From positions 160,001 through 224,000 of the forward strand of contig CAXWPH010000006.1 in assembly GCA_963666055.2 (NCBI GenBank): DNA of 64,000 nt, written 5' to 3'. The notes beneath the pieces are model-generated. The model made no database searches. It saw only the letters and a program-made list of their open reading frames with translations, and had not been told where the DNA came from. The position numbers and the translations under genes are program-made. Positions 50,173 through 60,136 of the stretch are shown piece after piece (the first letter of the stretch is position 1; the number at the start of each line of letters is the position of its first letter). Source of the stretch: Acidobacteriota bacterium (GTDB taxonomy: Bacteria; Acidobacteriota; UBA890; WLXD01).

Positions 50173-51021
50173 TCATTCCGTCACTCGGACTCTTACAAAG
50201 CCGTTCGTCCAACAACACTGTGCGTTCCCGGCGCGCCGGATCCCGGAGTAATCGTTCGCGGTTACCCGCAGGAGGTAGTCTCCCGGCTCGCTGAACGTCG
50301 CGGTGGTCGTTGTGTCCCCGCTGGCGCTGTCGATCGCGACCATCGGCTCGCTGAACGTGACCTGCCCCGGCCCTTGATGCTTGACCCAGGTCATGGTGAT
50401 CGCCGGTCGATCCGCGGGGCCGAACGGAATGTCGGTCGGTCGACGCACCAGATCATCGCGTCCCGACACCGACAGGGTCAGCGGTGTGCCGACGGCGACC
50501 GTGCGCGGGCCGATAGTAACGCCGGTCGGCCCCTGGACCGCAGGGCTGCCCGGATCGAACGTGATGCTCGGCGGTGCGTTACCGGAGGCACCGTCCTTCA
50601 GAACCTCGAGCTCGTAGTCGATGTGCAAGCGACCCGGAATGGCAATGGTTTCACCGCCCGATGTCAGGGTCCATACGGCCTGCTGGTCGCCAAAATCAGC
50701 CGGGACGGTCACGGTAAACACGCCCCAGTGCCGGCTGGTGAGAAAGTGCGTCGGCTGTCCCTGGTTGATGTCGCCGGGCTCGATGAAATTGTTCGCGCCG
50801 ATCGGGATGTCGAGCACTTCTTCCGCATTGCGGTTGAAGTAACCAAACGACAGCGCAAACGTGCCGTCTCGGTTCTGAAACCAGCCCTCGTATACCGGCG
50901 TCACCGACTGGCCGCTTTCCCGAGCAGGCGAGAGCGGAAGCTGACCGGCGCCAACTGTAGTGAGGCTGGCGACGAGGATCACCATTGCGCCAGCAACAAC
51001 GGATACCAGATAACTTCTCAT
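50173..51021 (-). CDS. Secreted hypothetical protein with Ig-like C-terminal domain
   Basis: Signal peptide, GQSVTPVYEGW..FGYFNRN, GPGQVTF..ATFSEPGDYLLR, QCCWTN. Confidence 0.7.
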   Translation of the reverse strand: MRSYLVSVVAGAMVILVASLTTVGAGQLPLSPARESGQSVTPVYEGWFQNRDGTFALSFGYFNRNAEEVLDIPIGANNFIEPGDINQGQPTHFLTSRHWGVFTVTVPADFGDQQAVWTLTSGGETIAIPGRLHIDYELEVLKDGASGNAPPSITFDPGSPAVQGPTGVTIGPRTVAVGTPLTLSVSGRDDLVRRPTDIPFGPADRPAITMTWVKHQGPGQVTFSEPMVAIDSASGDTTTTATFSEPGDYLLRVTANDYSGIRRAGNAQCCWTNGFVRVRVTE

Positions 51022-51167
51022 CGACCTGCAACCAGACGGCATTATACAAGCCAATGCCAGGACAGAAACCAGTCAAATATCTTCCTAGCTGCTCCGACTA
51101 GGAGCCGCTACAGACCGCCGGCAGCCTCGCTGGCAGCTTTGGGTCGGCTGTGCGTCCGGGGCTCAAC

Positions 51168-52499
51168 TCACCCCATAACCACCAAGTCGAGTGGGACCGC
51201 AGACAAGCGGCGCGCGCCATCCTCCCCAATCACATAGGTGTCGATGTGGGTGGCCAATATACTCTGATCCCCGACCTCCTCCCGGAACGTGGTCTCCCAC
51301 TGCGTCACGATATTCTCCTCAAAGGTCCCTTCTGGAGTCTCTTCTCTGGGGCGAAAGACAAAGTGGCCAACCCAGTCGGGTGGGAACCCGATCCCGACTT
51401 CATACCCGATACCGGATGTTGGCAGCCCTTGATCCTGAAAATAGTCGCGTAGCGCCGCGTTCACAGTGGCAATTGGTGTGCCCGCCTTTGCTTCACGCTC
51501 TACGACGTCAAAGCTACCGCGCGCGGCGCGCTCGAGGCGCACTAATTGGGGACTCGGATCGCCATAGATGTAGGTCCGCGCCATATTGACGTGATAGCGC
51601 TTGTAGACTCCACAAAGATCAAACGCGAACACCTCGCCTGCCTGGATCTGTCGTCTGGAGGGCAACAGATGGATGCTGCGCGGTTCCGCAGGAAGCACCG
51701 CCTGGGGAAGGCCAGCGATCTCACCACCCGCTACGTACATCGCGTGCATGGCTGCGGCATACACTTCCAGGTGGCTCATACCCGGCCGAAACGTCTCGGC
51801 AATGGCTCGATGGCCAATATCAGCAATACGCGCCGCATGCTCCATGACGGCGATCTCTGCCGGCGACTTGATGTTGCGGATCGTCCGCATGATCGCGCTG
51901 GCATCAACGATCTTTGCGCCTCTCTCCTGGCACTGCGCGTCTAACTGCCGGCTGATCGCCGGGGTAGGCAGGTAGCTCTCGTACTCCATCCCGACGACCG
52001 TGCCCTCTTTCAGCCAACCTTCACTCTGAAGGTCATCGACAAGAGATCTAGCGCTGCGGCCACCTTCGTAACGCCTTCGATCCGTCGCAGCCGACGGCAC
52101 CGCGCTCTCGCCGTCGTAAAAGATGAGCCTGTCCTCGTCCACATGGACTGCAGTCGTGATCAGCGGAGTCCAGTAGGTTCGATACCAAGTCACCTCGTAG
52201 CCGTGCAGGTAGCAGTGACTCTCGGGCCAGGTGAGCAACAACAGATCGATCCCCAACTGTGACATCAGCTCTCGACAGCGGCTGAGTCGACTACCGTACT
52301 CTTGCTCGGAGAACGGTAGCGGATATTGGTCGCTCGGAATCCGGCGCAGGTCTTCCTCGATATCTGTGACCCCAGCGAAGGGGTTGCCGCGGGCCCCACC
52401 TGTCTGCTGCGTCGTGTTGCTCAACGTACACCCGGCTGTCGCTGCCGCAGTCGATCCGACAACAGCGCCTAGAAAGTTTCGTCGGTTTGTTCGAATCAT
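51168..52499 (-). CDS. Tat-exported M24/creatinase-fold hydrolase (ectoine hydrolase-like)
   Basis: RRNFLG Tat motif, AGC lipobox, FSEQEY..RL, IKSPAEI, GYEVG. Confidence 0.8.
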   Translation of the reverse strand: MIRTNRRNFLGAVVGSTAAATAGCTLSNTTQQTGGARGNPFAGVTDIEEDLRRIPSDQYPLPFSEQEYGSRLSRCRELMSQLGIDLLLLTWPESHCYLHGYEVTWYRTYWTPLITTAVHVDEDRLIFYDGESAVPSAATDRRRYEGGRSARSLVDDLQSEGWLKEGTVVGMEYESYLPTPAISRQLDAQCQERGAKIVDASAIMRTIRNIKSPAEIAVMEHAARIADIGHRAIAETFRPGMSHLEVYAAAMHAMYVAGGEIAGLPQAVLPAEPRSIHLLPSRRQIQAGEVFAFDLCGVYKRYHVNMARTYIYGDPSPQLVRLERAARGSFDVVEREAKAGTPIATVNAALRDYFQDQGLPTSGIGYEVGIGFPPDWVGHFVFRPREETPEGTFEENIVTQWETTFREEVGDQSILATHIDTYVIGEDGARRLSAVPLDLVVMG

Positions 52500-53175
52500 T
52501 TGACCTTCTCCTTCTTAGGATGGAGGGACTGAAGGCACTCGGTTTTGCGCAGAAGACAGTTTCATGCTCCAAAACAAAGTGTCATGTGGTCGGCTTGGAG
52601 GCACTTTCGGAATCGACCTTCTCAACCTGCTCACCAATCAGTGCGGTGCCATTCACCCAGCCGCAGTGACCATGTGCTGTTCCGACGTCATACTAAGGTG
52701 TGCCGGATTTGCCCGCGGCGACGAATCACCCGGATCACCGTGCCGGCCTCGAGTTGATGTAGGCGCTCGAATCGCCGCTGCTTGATCTGACGGGTCGAAC
52801 TCCGGCATCAGAGGGAACTGGGGCGACGGTGTCGTTGCCGCGGGCGTAGATCGCCAGGCCGGACAGGACAAGCAGCACGGTAAGGCCGCTCTGTCGCATG
52901 AGCGCACCTCGCAAGCTTTCACGAAGCATGGTGCGCTCAGGGTAGGTCGAACACACCCAGCTCCACGAGGGCGGTGTCCCGAGCGTCGGTTCGATCGATC
53001 AACCTGAGCGTCGTAACGCTCGACGAGCAATTCTCGGACTGATGCCCGGAACGCCGATGATGGGCGGACACTAGCAGCTTCTCTTGCTGTAGACCACGGG
53101 TGAGTTGGTCTCTGGACGCACAAACGGCGAGCACTTAGCTCGCCGTAAGTGGTTCTGATTTAAGTGATTTACGAG

Positions 53176-53217
53176 TGGGCCCTCCAGGACTCGAACCTGG
53201 GACCTACCGGTTATGAG
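53176..53217 (-). mobile_element. 3' fragment of tRNA-Ile(CAU) = probable att site of an integrative element
   Basis: Minus strand CTCATAACCGGTAGGTCCCAGGTTCGAGTCCTGGAGGGCCCA covers anticodon loop, T arm and acceptor strand; no D arm or 5' acceptor strand upstream. Confidence 0.8.
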
Positions 53218-53538
53218 TCAGATCCGGCGGGATTTGCCAGTAGTCGCCTCGGCTAGTGGAGAGTTGCATCTTTCTCTCTAAGTATCTCTCTTAAACGAAC
53301 TTAGTAGTTCGTCAAGGTGATCAGGTTTCGCAGCTGCTTGCCCCTCTTTGCGGCTGTTGGTGGTCTCAGAATGCGACTTTTTTGCGACAGGAATTCCATC
53401 TAGGACCATGACTGCCCTGCCAGCATACTCAGGCGAGAGATGGTATCTTGCACTTCGAGGAGCGTGGCTAGAACTGTCTCATTCATCGGGACAGCATGCG
53501 GCCTTTGATTCTTCGTCCTCGGCTTTCGGATTACAGGT

Positions 53539-53640
53539 AGGGGTCTGTGCGCACGGGGAGCCAGTACTTCGTAACTGCAGCAACAGCAACGGATTCCGCG
53601 TGATGATGAACACTTGCCATCGGTCGGACAGAGGATTACC
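53539..53640 (+). repeat. 102-bp direct repeat, copy 1
   Basis: Matches 55907-56008 with 5 mismatches by manual alignment. Confidence 0.9.
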
Positions 53641-53773
53641 TGGAGAAAACCGCGGATTCGTGCTTACGTGGGGCCTGTTGCGACTGGCCGAAGCCAATCG
53701 CGTGACTGGACAGTGGCTATCTGGGAAATCCCGATTGATGATGAACGACTATGTGCTAGCGACAATCCGTAGC

Positions 53774-55312
53774 ATGCGCACTGGTTCGACGAGTAGGTAT
53801 CTGTTCATCCTCCTACTCCTCTTCTGCTCTCCGGTGCCCGCAAGAGCACAAGATCACCCGAATGTCCTCTACATAGTCGTCGACAACCAGCCGGCCTCGA
53901 TCCTGGGCACCTACGGAAACCCGGATGTGAGGACGCCCCACATCAATCGCCTGGCCGACGAAGGGATGCGCCTTACTCGCGTCTTCGCCGTGCACGGTAT
54001 GTGCTCTCCGACACGTGCAACGCTGCTGACCGGTCTCCTGCCCTCTCAGCACGGCGTCCACGACTGGCTAGACGACGCGAGGATCGACAACTGGCCCGAC
54101 GATTGGAACGCGATCAGAGAATACAGGTCACTGCCGTACACGCTGAAGAATCGTGGATATCAGACGGCATTGATCGGCAAATGGCACCTGGGTCGGCCAC
54201 GTCCGCCCGATGACTGGTTCGACTATTGGGTGACGTTCAACCTGGGCCATACGGTCGACTTCTGGTCGAACGAGATCAACGACAATACGAACATCTACAG
54301 ACTAGAGGACCAGCACAGCGTCGAGTTCTTTACCGACAAGGCAGTTACATACCTGGAGAATCACGACGACGAGAGCCCGTTCTTCCTGCTGGTTACCCTC
54401 AACGGCCCCTACCTGAACCCACCGACGAACCTCGGGCCCGCCAGGAACCGGCACTATGCAAGCTATGCGGACAAGGAGTTCCCTTCGTTTCCTAGAAACA
54501 GGGTCAACGACAGCATCCTCGAGCAGCTGGCGCCACCGTACTCTGGCTGGTACGCCAGCCTGGCGCGCATGAACAACGACCAGGCGTCAATGGCCAACGT
54601 CGCGTCACAGAATACGCTGGTGGACGAAGGCGTCGGTCGTCTGCTGGCAGCGCTCGAGGAGCAGCAACTCGAAGACGACACGTTGGTCGTTTACACGAGT
54701 GATCAGGGCAACTTCTTCGGACAGCACGGCTTCTGGGGCCACACCGACAACACGTTTCCGGCGAGCCTTTACGACACGCCGATGAACGTACCGTTCATTG
54801 CTCGCTACCCAGGCACGATCGAGAGAGGGCAAGTAAGTGATCTGCTCGTGGGCCAATACGATCTCATGCCCACGATGCTGGACCTGGCCGGCTTCGGGGA
54901 TGTTGAGATCGCCAACTCTCCGGGCCGGAGCTTTGCCGACCACTTGAAAGGGAGTGAGCTCACGGCGTGGGCCGACGCCGTGTACATGGATCATGAGGCA
55001 ACTCGTGCAATCAGGACCGATCGTTTTTCGTTTTGGAAACGCCTGGAACGCACGGGCGAGCACGAGCTCTACGACGTCCGTGACGATCCGGAGCAAATGA
55101 ACAATCTCTATGGATCTGCCGAGTACGCAGATGTCGTCTCGGACCTAGACATGAAGCTCACTACGTTCTTCGACACGTTTTCTGATGTCGCATACGACCT
55201 TTGGCGCGGCGGCACCGTAAAGGGGTCGACGGACTGGTCCCGTGCGTTCAAGTCTCTCTACGGCGAACAGTGGGAGGCAGAGGCGAAGATCAAGCCAGCC
55301 TTCAAAGAGTGA
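53774..55312 (+). CDS. Secreted Cys-type sulfatase (S1)
   Basis: Signal peptide, PNVLYIVVD, CSPTRATLLTG, GYQTALIGKWHLG, TSDQG, ELYD...DP.Q..NL. Confidence 0.92.
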   Translation: MRTGSTSRYLFILLLLFCSPVPARAQDHPNVLYIVVDNQPASILGTYGNPDVRTPHINRLADEGMRLTRVFAVHGMCSPTRATLLTGLLPSQHGVHDWLDDARIDNWPDDWNAIREYRSLPYTLKNRGYQTALIGKWHLGRPRPPDDWFDYWVTFNLGHTVDFWSNEINDNTNIYRLEDQHSVEFFTDKAVTYLENHDDESPFFLLVTLNGPYLNPPTNLGPARNRHYASYADKEFPSFPRNRVNDSILEQLAPPYSGWYASLARMNNDQASMANVASQNTLVDEGVGRLLAALEEQQLEDDTLVVYTSDQGNFFGQHGFWGHTDNTFPASLYDTPMNVPFIARYPGTIERGQVSDLLVGQYDLMPTMLDLAGFGDVEIANSPGRSFADHLKGSELTAWADAVYMDHEATRAIRTDRFSFWKRLERTGEHELYDVRDDPEQMNNLYGSAEYADVVSDLDMKLTTFFDTFSDVAYDLWRGGTVKGSTDWSRAFKSLYGEQWEAEAKIKPAFKE

Positions 55313-55319
55313 CCCCAGC

Positions 55320-55519
55320 GGCACTGTCAAGTTAACTGCTCGACGCTCGGATTTGGGCAAGTTCTGGCCCTGGAGTTGTCCTTCAGGCGGTGACTACCTC
55401 ACTCCAGGTCCCAAAGGCGCGAGTCCGAAGCACCCGGTAGTTCGCCGATCGTAGTCGATGCCGGCCCAGGTTGAAGAGATTCCGGACGGCGCCGTGCACG
55501 GACAGAAACTGCTGGGCAC
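55320..55519 (-). mobile_element. IS6 family remnant (transposase 3' end plus terminal inverted repeat)
   Basis: GGCACTGTCAAGTT end at 55320; minus-strand frame AQQFLSVHGAVRNLFNLGRHRLRSANYRVLRTRAFGTWSEVVTA* resembles IS6 transposase C-termini. Confidence 0.72.
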
Positions 55520-55906
55520 AAGGCTGAGCGACCAACCATCCGGCTCGTTCCGACTAAAAGGGGGAGGGAAGACACGGTCCCGAGTGGCCGAAGTGGCTCC
55601 CTAAAAGGGCCGACGGTCGGAATCTTGAGTCCGACCCAACCGGTTGCTGCTCACCGCTGATTCAATGGAGCGAGGGGACACATCCCCACCTGCTCGCGCC
55701 GCTTCCTTCAGCCATTCCGCTTCCCCTTTTTCTTGGGGGGCCGCTTCTTGCGTGGCGGCTTCTTCCGGGCCAGCTCGGTGACGGGCTCGAATGCCATGGC
55801 AGATCCGTTTTAAAAGAGGATTCGGCGGCTCTGATCGTCGCCCCTGTCGGTGCCGGGATGACGGGTACGTCCCGCGAACGATTGCGATAGTGTCTTGAAA
55901 CCCGGC

Positions 55907-56008
55907 AGGGGTCTGTGCGCACGGGGAGCCAGTACTTCGTAACTGCAACAACAGCAACGGATTCCGCGTGGTGATGAACACTCGCCATCGGTCGGACTGA
56001 GGATTCCC
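55907..56008 (+). repeat. 102-bp direct repeat, copy 2
   Basis: Matches 53539-53640. Confidence 0.9.
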
Positions 56009-56169
56009 AACCTTGAGGCTCTGTGCATCCGTTGCCACGCGTCGAAGCCCGGCCATGAGGGCCTCATGCACAATCCGGATTACGAGGAATTCAAAAGAAT
56101 GGCCTCAGGGAAAAATGGCGATGAAGAACCTGCGTTTAGGTTCGACTGTCCCGTTTGCGCGCAAAAACT

Positions 56170-56802
56170 AACGGTGTCGCGTGCAAAGAGCGCTAGACCA
56201 GGCACGGGATCGAGCGTATGGCGATCAACACCCATCATTTCGAGCGCCTTCGAATTGACCCAAATACTGTGGCCAATATTGCTGCCCAACCAAACCGGCC
56301 GATCCGGTACGATCGCATCCAGATCTCTCTTGTGAGGCCCTTCCTTGCCGTTGCCGTATAGGTGCACTGGCCAGCAACACATCACGATCCAGGGCAGATC
56401 CGGGTTCGCCTCTGAATACGCCTTCACGGCAGCGAGTATTTCTGTCTTGTTGGTTCTCGGCAGGCTTCCCGAAGGCCCGCTGAAGCGGCCCGTGCCCCCG
56501 GGATGGGTATGGGCATCCACCAGCCCAGGAATAACCAGTTTCCCTTGCAGATCGTGACCGACAGTTTCGCGGCCAACGAACCCCTGTACGCCCGCATCAT
56601 CCCCCACATAGACGAGTTTTCCGCCTTTGATCGCAACGGCCTCGGCCCAGGGTTGGTCGTCGTTCACCGTAAAGATCTTGGCCCCGTGCAAGACGCGGTC
56701 AGCAGGACCGCTGATACCGCCAGCCCCCGGCTGCGATGAAGGCTGACAGGCCAGCACGCTGAGGCTGGTCAACATGACACCCAGCACTCGCGACCACGTC
56801 AT
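56170..56802 (-). pseudogene. N-terminal fragment of YtcJ-like amidohydrolase lipoprotein
   Basis: LAC lipobox, WAEAVAI, PGLVDAHTHP, GHSIWVNSKAL; similarity stops after ~210 aa. Confidence 0.75.
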
Positions 56803-56949
56803 TACGAGCGGATGATGCTGCCCCTTCGTCCGCTTCAGCCCGGCGTCGGTGCGTTCGTTATTGCTCATCACGTCCTCCAAGCTCTCTCCGCCGCCGGTGG
56901 CGTCGTCATGGCGTGCTACAACTCGATGGTCCCCCAACCACCCGGTTCG

Positions 56950-57223
56950 AGACCCTTCGAGCGCAACATCCGGCACCAGATGGGTCGGGCGCTTTCGGAT
57001 GCCGGCTTCGATCCGGCCAGCGATATCCGGGCGATCACCGTCAACCGCTGGCCACACGGTTACGCTGGCGCCGGCAACGACCTCTACGATCCGGGACTGG
57101 CCGTACGATCAGGCACCCTGGGTCCGGGGCTGCAAGCGCTTCGGGCGTATCACGACCGCCAACTCCGACGCGGCTGCCGTCTGTCTCACCCAGGCCGCCT
57201 TCGACCAGGGGCACCGGGTTTAG
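56950..57223 (+). pseudogene. C-terminal fragment of spermidine dehydrogenase-like FAD oxidoreductase, frameshifted
   Basis: FERNIR..GFDPASDIRAITVNRWPHGYA, then second frame FGRIT.ANSDAAA...AFDQGHR. Confidence 0.65.
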
Positions 57224-57256
57224 AGGTGGTTACGGCGCCGCTCGCGTGTATTCCGA

Positions 57257-60136
57257 TCAGAAGGAGAGTCGTACCCCGAACCGAAACTGCCGCCCGGGCA
57301 GCAGTGAGGTTGATCGCCGGGGCGACCCGACCGCGGAGCCCCCGGCAACGACGAACGTTCGGTCGATTCGCCCTTCAACGCCGGTCGGGGAGAAGTCGTT
57401 GAGCATGTTGAATCCGTCGACCATCACCTCTAGCCGGCTACTACTCCCCATATCAAAGGACTTCGAGAGCCGCAGATCGAGCTGCTTATGCGAGTCCCAC
57501 GTCCTGCTGCGGACCGGCTCGATGGCCGTAGTGCTGTAGTTGGCGGTGAGCAACTGGGGAATCCCCCTGAGTCCGTGCCTGATCGTGAGGTTCCATGGCC
57601 GACCCGACGCCAGGTTCCAGTACATACCCGCGAGGATGCCTCCAGGCAGCCTGTAGTTGCCCAGCACCTTCCAGCTCCACTTCCTGCTGAAGCCCAACGG
57701 ACCAGACTCGGCGAACGGGTGGCCCCTGAAGTTCGGGTTGTTTGCTGCGTCGAAGCCCCCACCCCAGACGCTGTCGCCGTCGCGATTATTAAACGTTCCC
57801 TTGTGGTTCTGGTAGGCGAGCGAGGTGCTGAAGTTGAGGCCGGAACCCGTTCGCCGTCGGTCCAGCGTCAGCATCACGATGTCGTGCTGCCGCTTATAGA
57901 AGTCGTCGTTGCTGCGGATGGGGGCCCACTCGCCGCTCTCCCTCGAATAGAGCGTTTGTGTCAACCCGGGCACCACGGTTCCGTCCGCTAACGTCGCGTC
58001 GGGGGCGGTGAATTCGAAGGGCGTGTACACATGCTCGATGGTGTTCCTGTGTCGGAACATGTTGCGGTCATCTTTGTGGATGTAGTCGACCCCCGCGACC
58101 CAGTTTCTGGCGAATTCATACTCGAATCCGACGTTCCAGACATCCGTGTGCAGCGACTGCAAGTTTGGGTCGAGCGGAAATATAGCGGCGCTGACACTAG
58201 TCTGGTTTTCGGGTCGGAAAACAGCGTCTTGCAGCGCGAACAACTGCGCGTCGGTCGGATTGAGCGGGTCGTAGTCGGCAGGGAAAAACCCGTCAGGTAT
58301 CACGAAGAAGTACGACGAGTAGGGTTGGTATGGGTCCGAGTACCCGGTGCCGCTAGCGCCAGAGATGAAGCCGACGGTCATCTTTTCGAAGTAGCGCCCC
58401 CAGCTGCTATGCACAACGGCACGGCCATCACCGCTCAGATCGAAGGTTGCACCAAGGCGTGGCGCCAAGTTCCTGAACGTTACCGCCGGACCCTTCCCGG
58501 TTGACTTCCCACCGAGTCTTTCGTAACCGTTCGTGTGGTCATAGCGCAGCCCGAGGTTGAGGGTGAGGTTGTCGCTAGGGGTAACGACATCCTGAATAAA
58601 GGCTGACATGGGTCGGAGTTGGCCCTCGAGGCCAAAGTCGTAGACAGACCCGTATACGTACGAGCCATAGGTAAACAGACCCCCGAGGCCGGTATAACTA
58701 GCAAGCCAGCTGGCCCAGCTGTCCTTGTAGCCGAGGCCGACCTTGACGTCATGCGCGGCGCCCAGGAAGTCGTCGACGTACTGGGTCACCGTTGCCGAGA
58801 CCTCTTTGCGGGCGTTGTCCTCGTCCTCCAGGAAGCCCCGGGTGATCCTCCTCGACCCGTTGTACCAGTAATCGGGTAGCTCGCAGCACACGAACGGGAG
58901 GCGCAAGTAGTCCGCCCTATTGGCTGCGAGGCGGAGATCGGTGAAGGTGTTGTCGCCCAGTTGGGATTGCCAGCTGAACAACAAGGTCGTGCTGCCGTAG
59001 CTACTATCCATGCCGATGTCGACCGGCGAACCTGGTCGCAGGTCCTTATTGGACTCTCTGCCCGGATCATAGTTGATCATGAAACCGAGCGTGTTGGAGT
59101 CGTTGAGCAAGAAATCCAGCCTGCCGTGCAGTGTCCACCTATCGTTACCCTGCTGGGCATCTTCGACGGAGATTCCACCGTCCACCCAGATCTGGTCGGC
59201 GACAACCGACTTGAGCGTTTCTTGACGGGCGGCGCTGGCAAAGAAGAGCGCCTTGTTGCGCACAATCGGGCCACCGATAGTGACGGAAAGGTCGCGGTCG
59301 TAGGAGAACTTTCCGCGCTGCAGATCCACGATGCCGCGCGAGTTGTCGGCTCTCAAATCGCCGTTCTGGAAGTAGAAAGCGCCGGTGCCATGAAACTCGT
59401 TGGTGCCCCCCTTGGTCACAATATTGATCATCGCGCCGGTGAACTCGCTGTACTCGACGCTGGCGCCGATACCGACAATCTGGATCTCGGCGATCGTATC
59501 CACGTTCGGGTTGACCCAGGCGGCACCCCATTCGTTTTCGGTGATGTCAACGCCGTTGAGCCGGTAGCCGTTGGTTGCCGCACCCACCCGATGCACGCTG
59601 GTGCCCTCGGCGTGGTTGCCGCCGGCGCCATAGGCTCCCTTGTCGGCGAAACCAGGGGCGAAGTTCGTCATCTCGGTGAAGTCACGCGCCACCGGAACGT
59701 TTTCCAGCAGATCCGCCGTGTAATTCGTCGCGAGCGATGCCGACGCCACGTCGATCAACGGCGTCTCGGAGATCACAGTGACGGTCTCTGCGACCCCCGC
59801 CAGCTGCAGCTCCGCGATCACGGCTGAGGTTGCGCCGACGCTCACCGGGACGTTGTAGGCCATCGTCTGAAACCCGGTGAGTGCGACCGTCACGATGTAG
59901 CTTCCCGGCCTGAGATTACGAAACCGGAAAACCCCCGCGACGTCGCTTACCTGCGAGAGAGATTCCTGGATGAGGTTGTCTCCCTCGATGGTGGCGGTGG
60001 CGCCGGGCAGCCCCGCACCATCCACGTCCCGAACCTCCCCGGCGATAATTCCGGTCGTCCGCGCGCCCTGCGCCATCAGCTGCGCGGGGAGTATCAGCAC
60101 CATAGCAAGGGTCATGACGGCGAGCGTAGCGCGCAT
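57257..60136 (-). CDS. TonB-dependent receptor (Oar-like, carboxypeptidase-regulatory N-domain)
   Basis: Signal peptide, LPGAT..GVFRFRNLRPG, VTKGGTNEFHG, LNLGLRYD, APRLG, DLRLSK, C-terminal GVRLSF. Confidence 0.92.
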   Translation of the reverse strand: MRATLAVMTLAMVLILPAQLMAQGARTTGIIAGEVRDVDGAGLPGATATIEGDNLIQESLSQVSDVAGVFRFRNLRPGSYIVTVALTGFQTMAYNVPVSVGATSAVIAELQLAGVAETVTVISETPLIDVASASLATNYTADLLENVPVARDFTEMTNFAPGFADKGAYGAGGNHAEGTSVHRVGAATNGYRLNGVDITENEWGAAWVNPNVDTIAEIQIVGIGASVEYSEFTGAMINIVTKGGTNEFHGTGAFYFQNGDLRADNSRGIVDLQRGKFSYDRDLSVTIGGPIVRNKALFFASAARQETLKSVVADQIWVDGGISVEDAQQGNDRWTLHGRLDFLLNDSNTLGFMINYDPGRESNKDLRPGSPVDIGMDSSYGSTTLLFSWQSQLGDNTFTDLRLAANRADYLRLPFVCCELPDYWYNGSRRITRGFLEDEDNARKEVSATVTQYVDDFLGAAHDVKVGLGYKDSWASWLASYTGLGGLFTYGSYVYGSVYDFGLEGQLRPMSAFIQDVVTPSDNLTLNLGLRYDHTNGYERLGGKSTGKGPAVTFRNLAPRLGATFDLSGDGRAVVHSSWGRYFEKMTVGFISGASGTGYSDPYQPYSSYFFVIPDGFFPADYDPLNPTDAQLFALQDAVFRPENQTSVSAAIFPLDPNLQSLHTDVWNVGFEYEFARNWVAGVDYIHKDDRNMFRHRNTIEHVYTPFEFTAPDATLADGTVVPGLTQTLYSRESGEWAPIRSNDDFYKRQHDIVMLTLDRRRTGSGLNFSTSLAYQNHKGTFNNRDGDSVWGGGFDAANNPNFRGHPFAESGPLGFSRKWSWKVLGNYRLPGGILAGMYWNLASGRPWNLTIRHGLRGIPQLLTANYSTTAIEPVRSRTWDSHKQLDLRLSKSFDMGSSSRLEVMVDGFNMLNDFSPTGVEGRIDRTFVVAGGSAVGSPRRSTSLLPGRQFRFGVRLSF

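Noticed and set aside
49801-51237. 478-aa + strand ORF
   Set aside because: Overlaps two supported - strand genes; no domain signal
52735-52956. Short - strand ORF with a hydrophobic stretch
   Set aside because: Too short and lacks motifs; may be a remnant but cannot be supported
53176-53250. Intact tRNA gene
   Set aside because: 5' acceptor strand and D arm missing and anticodon stem unpaired; treated as an att fragment
53348-53773. Long N-terminal extension of the sulfatase ORF
   Set aside because: Signal peptide begins at ATG 53774; the upstream part spans the repeat and island-end sequence
55708-55797. 29-aa Lys-rich peptide MAFEPVTELARKKPPRKKRPPKKKGKRNG
   Set aside because: No clear RBS; lies in a degraded mosaic and is probably a gene tail
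53539-56008. Complete diversity-generating retroelement or CRISPR array
   Set aside because: No reverse transcriptase, Avd or target ORF; only two long repeats; no repeat-spacer periodicity noticed anywhere in the window
56017-56077. Possible MITE with TGTGCAT/ATGCACA ends
   Set aside because: Inverted repeat only 7 bp, no target duplication or second copy seen
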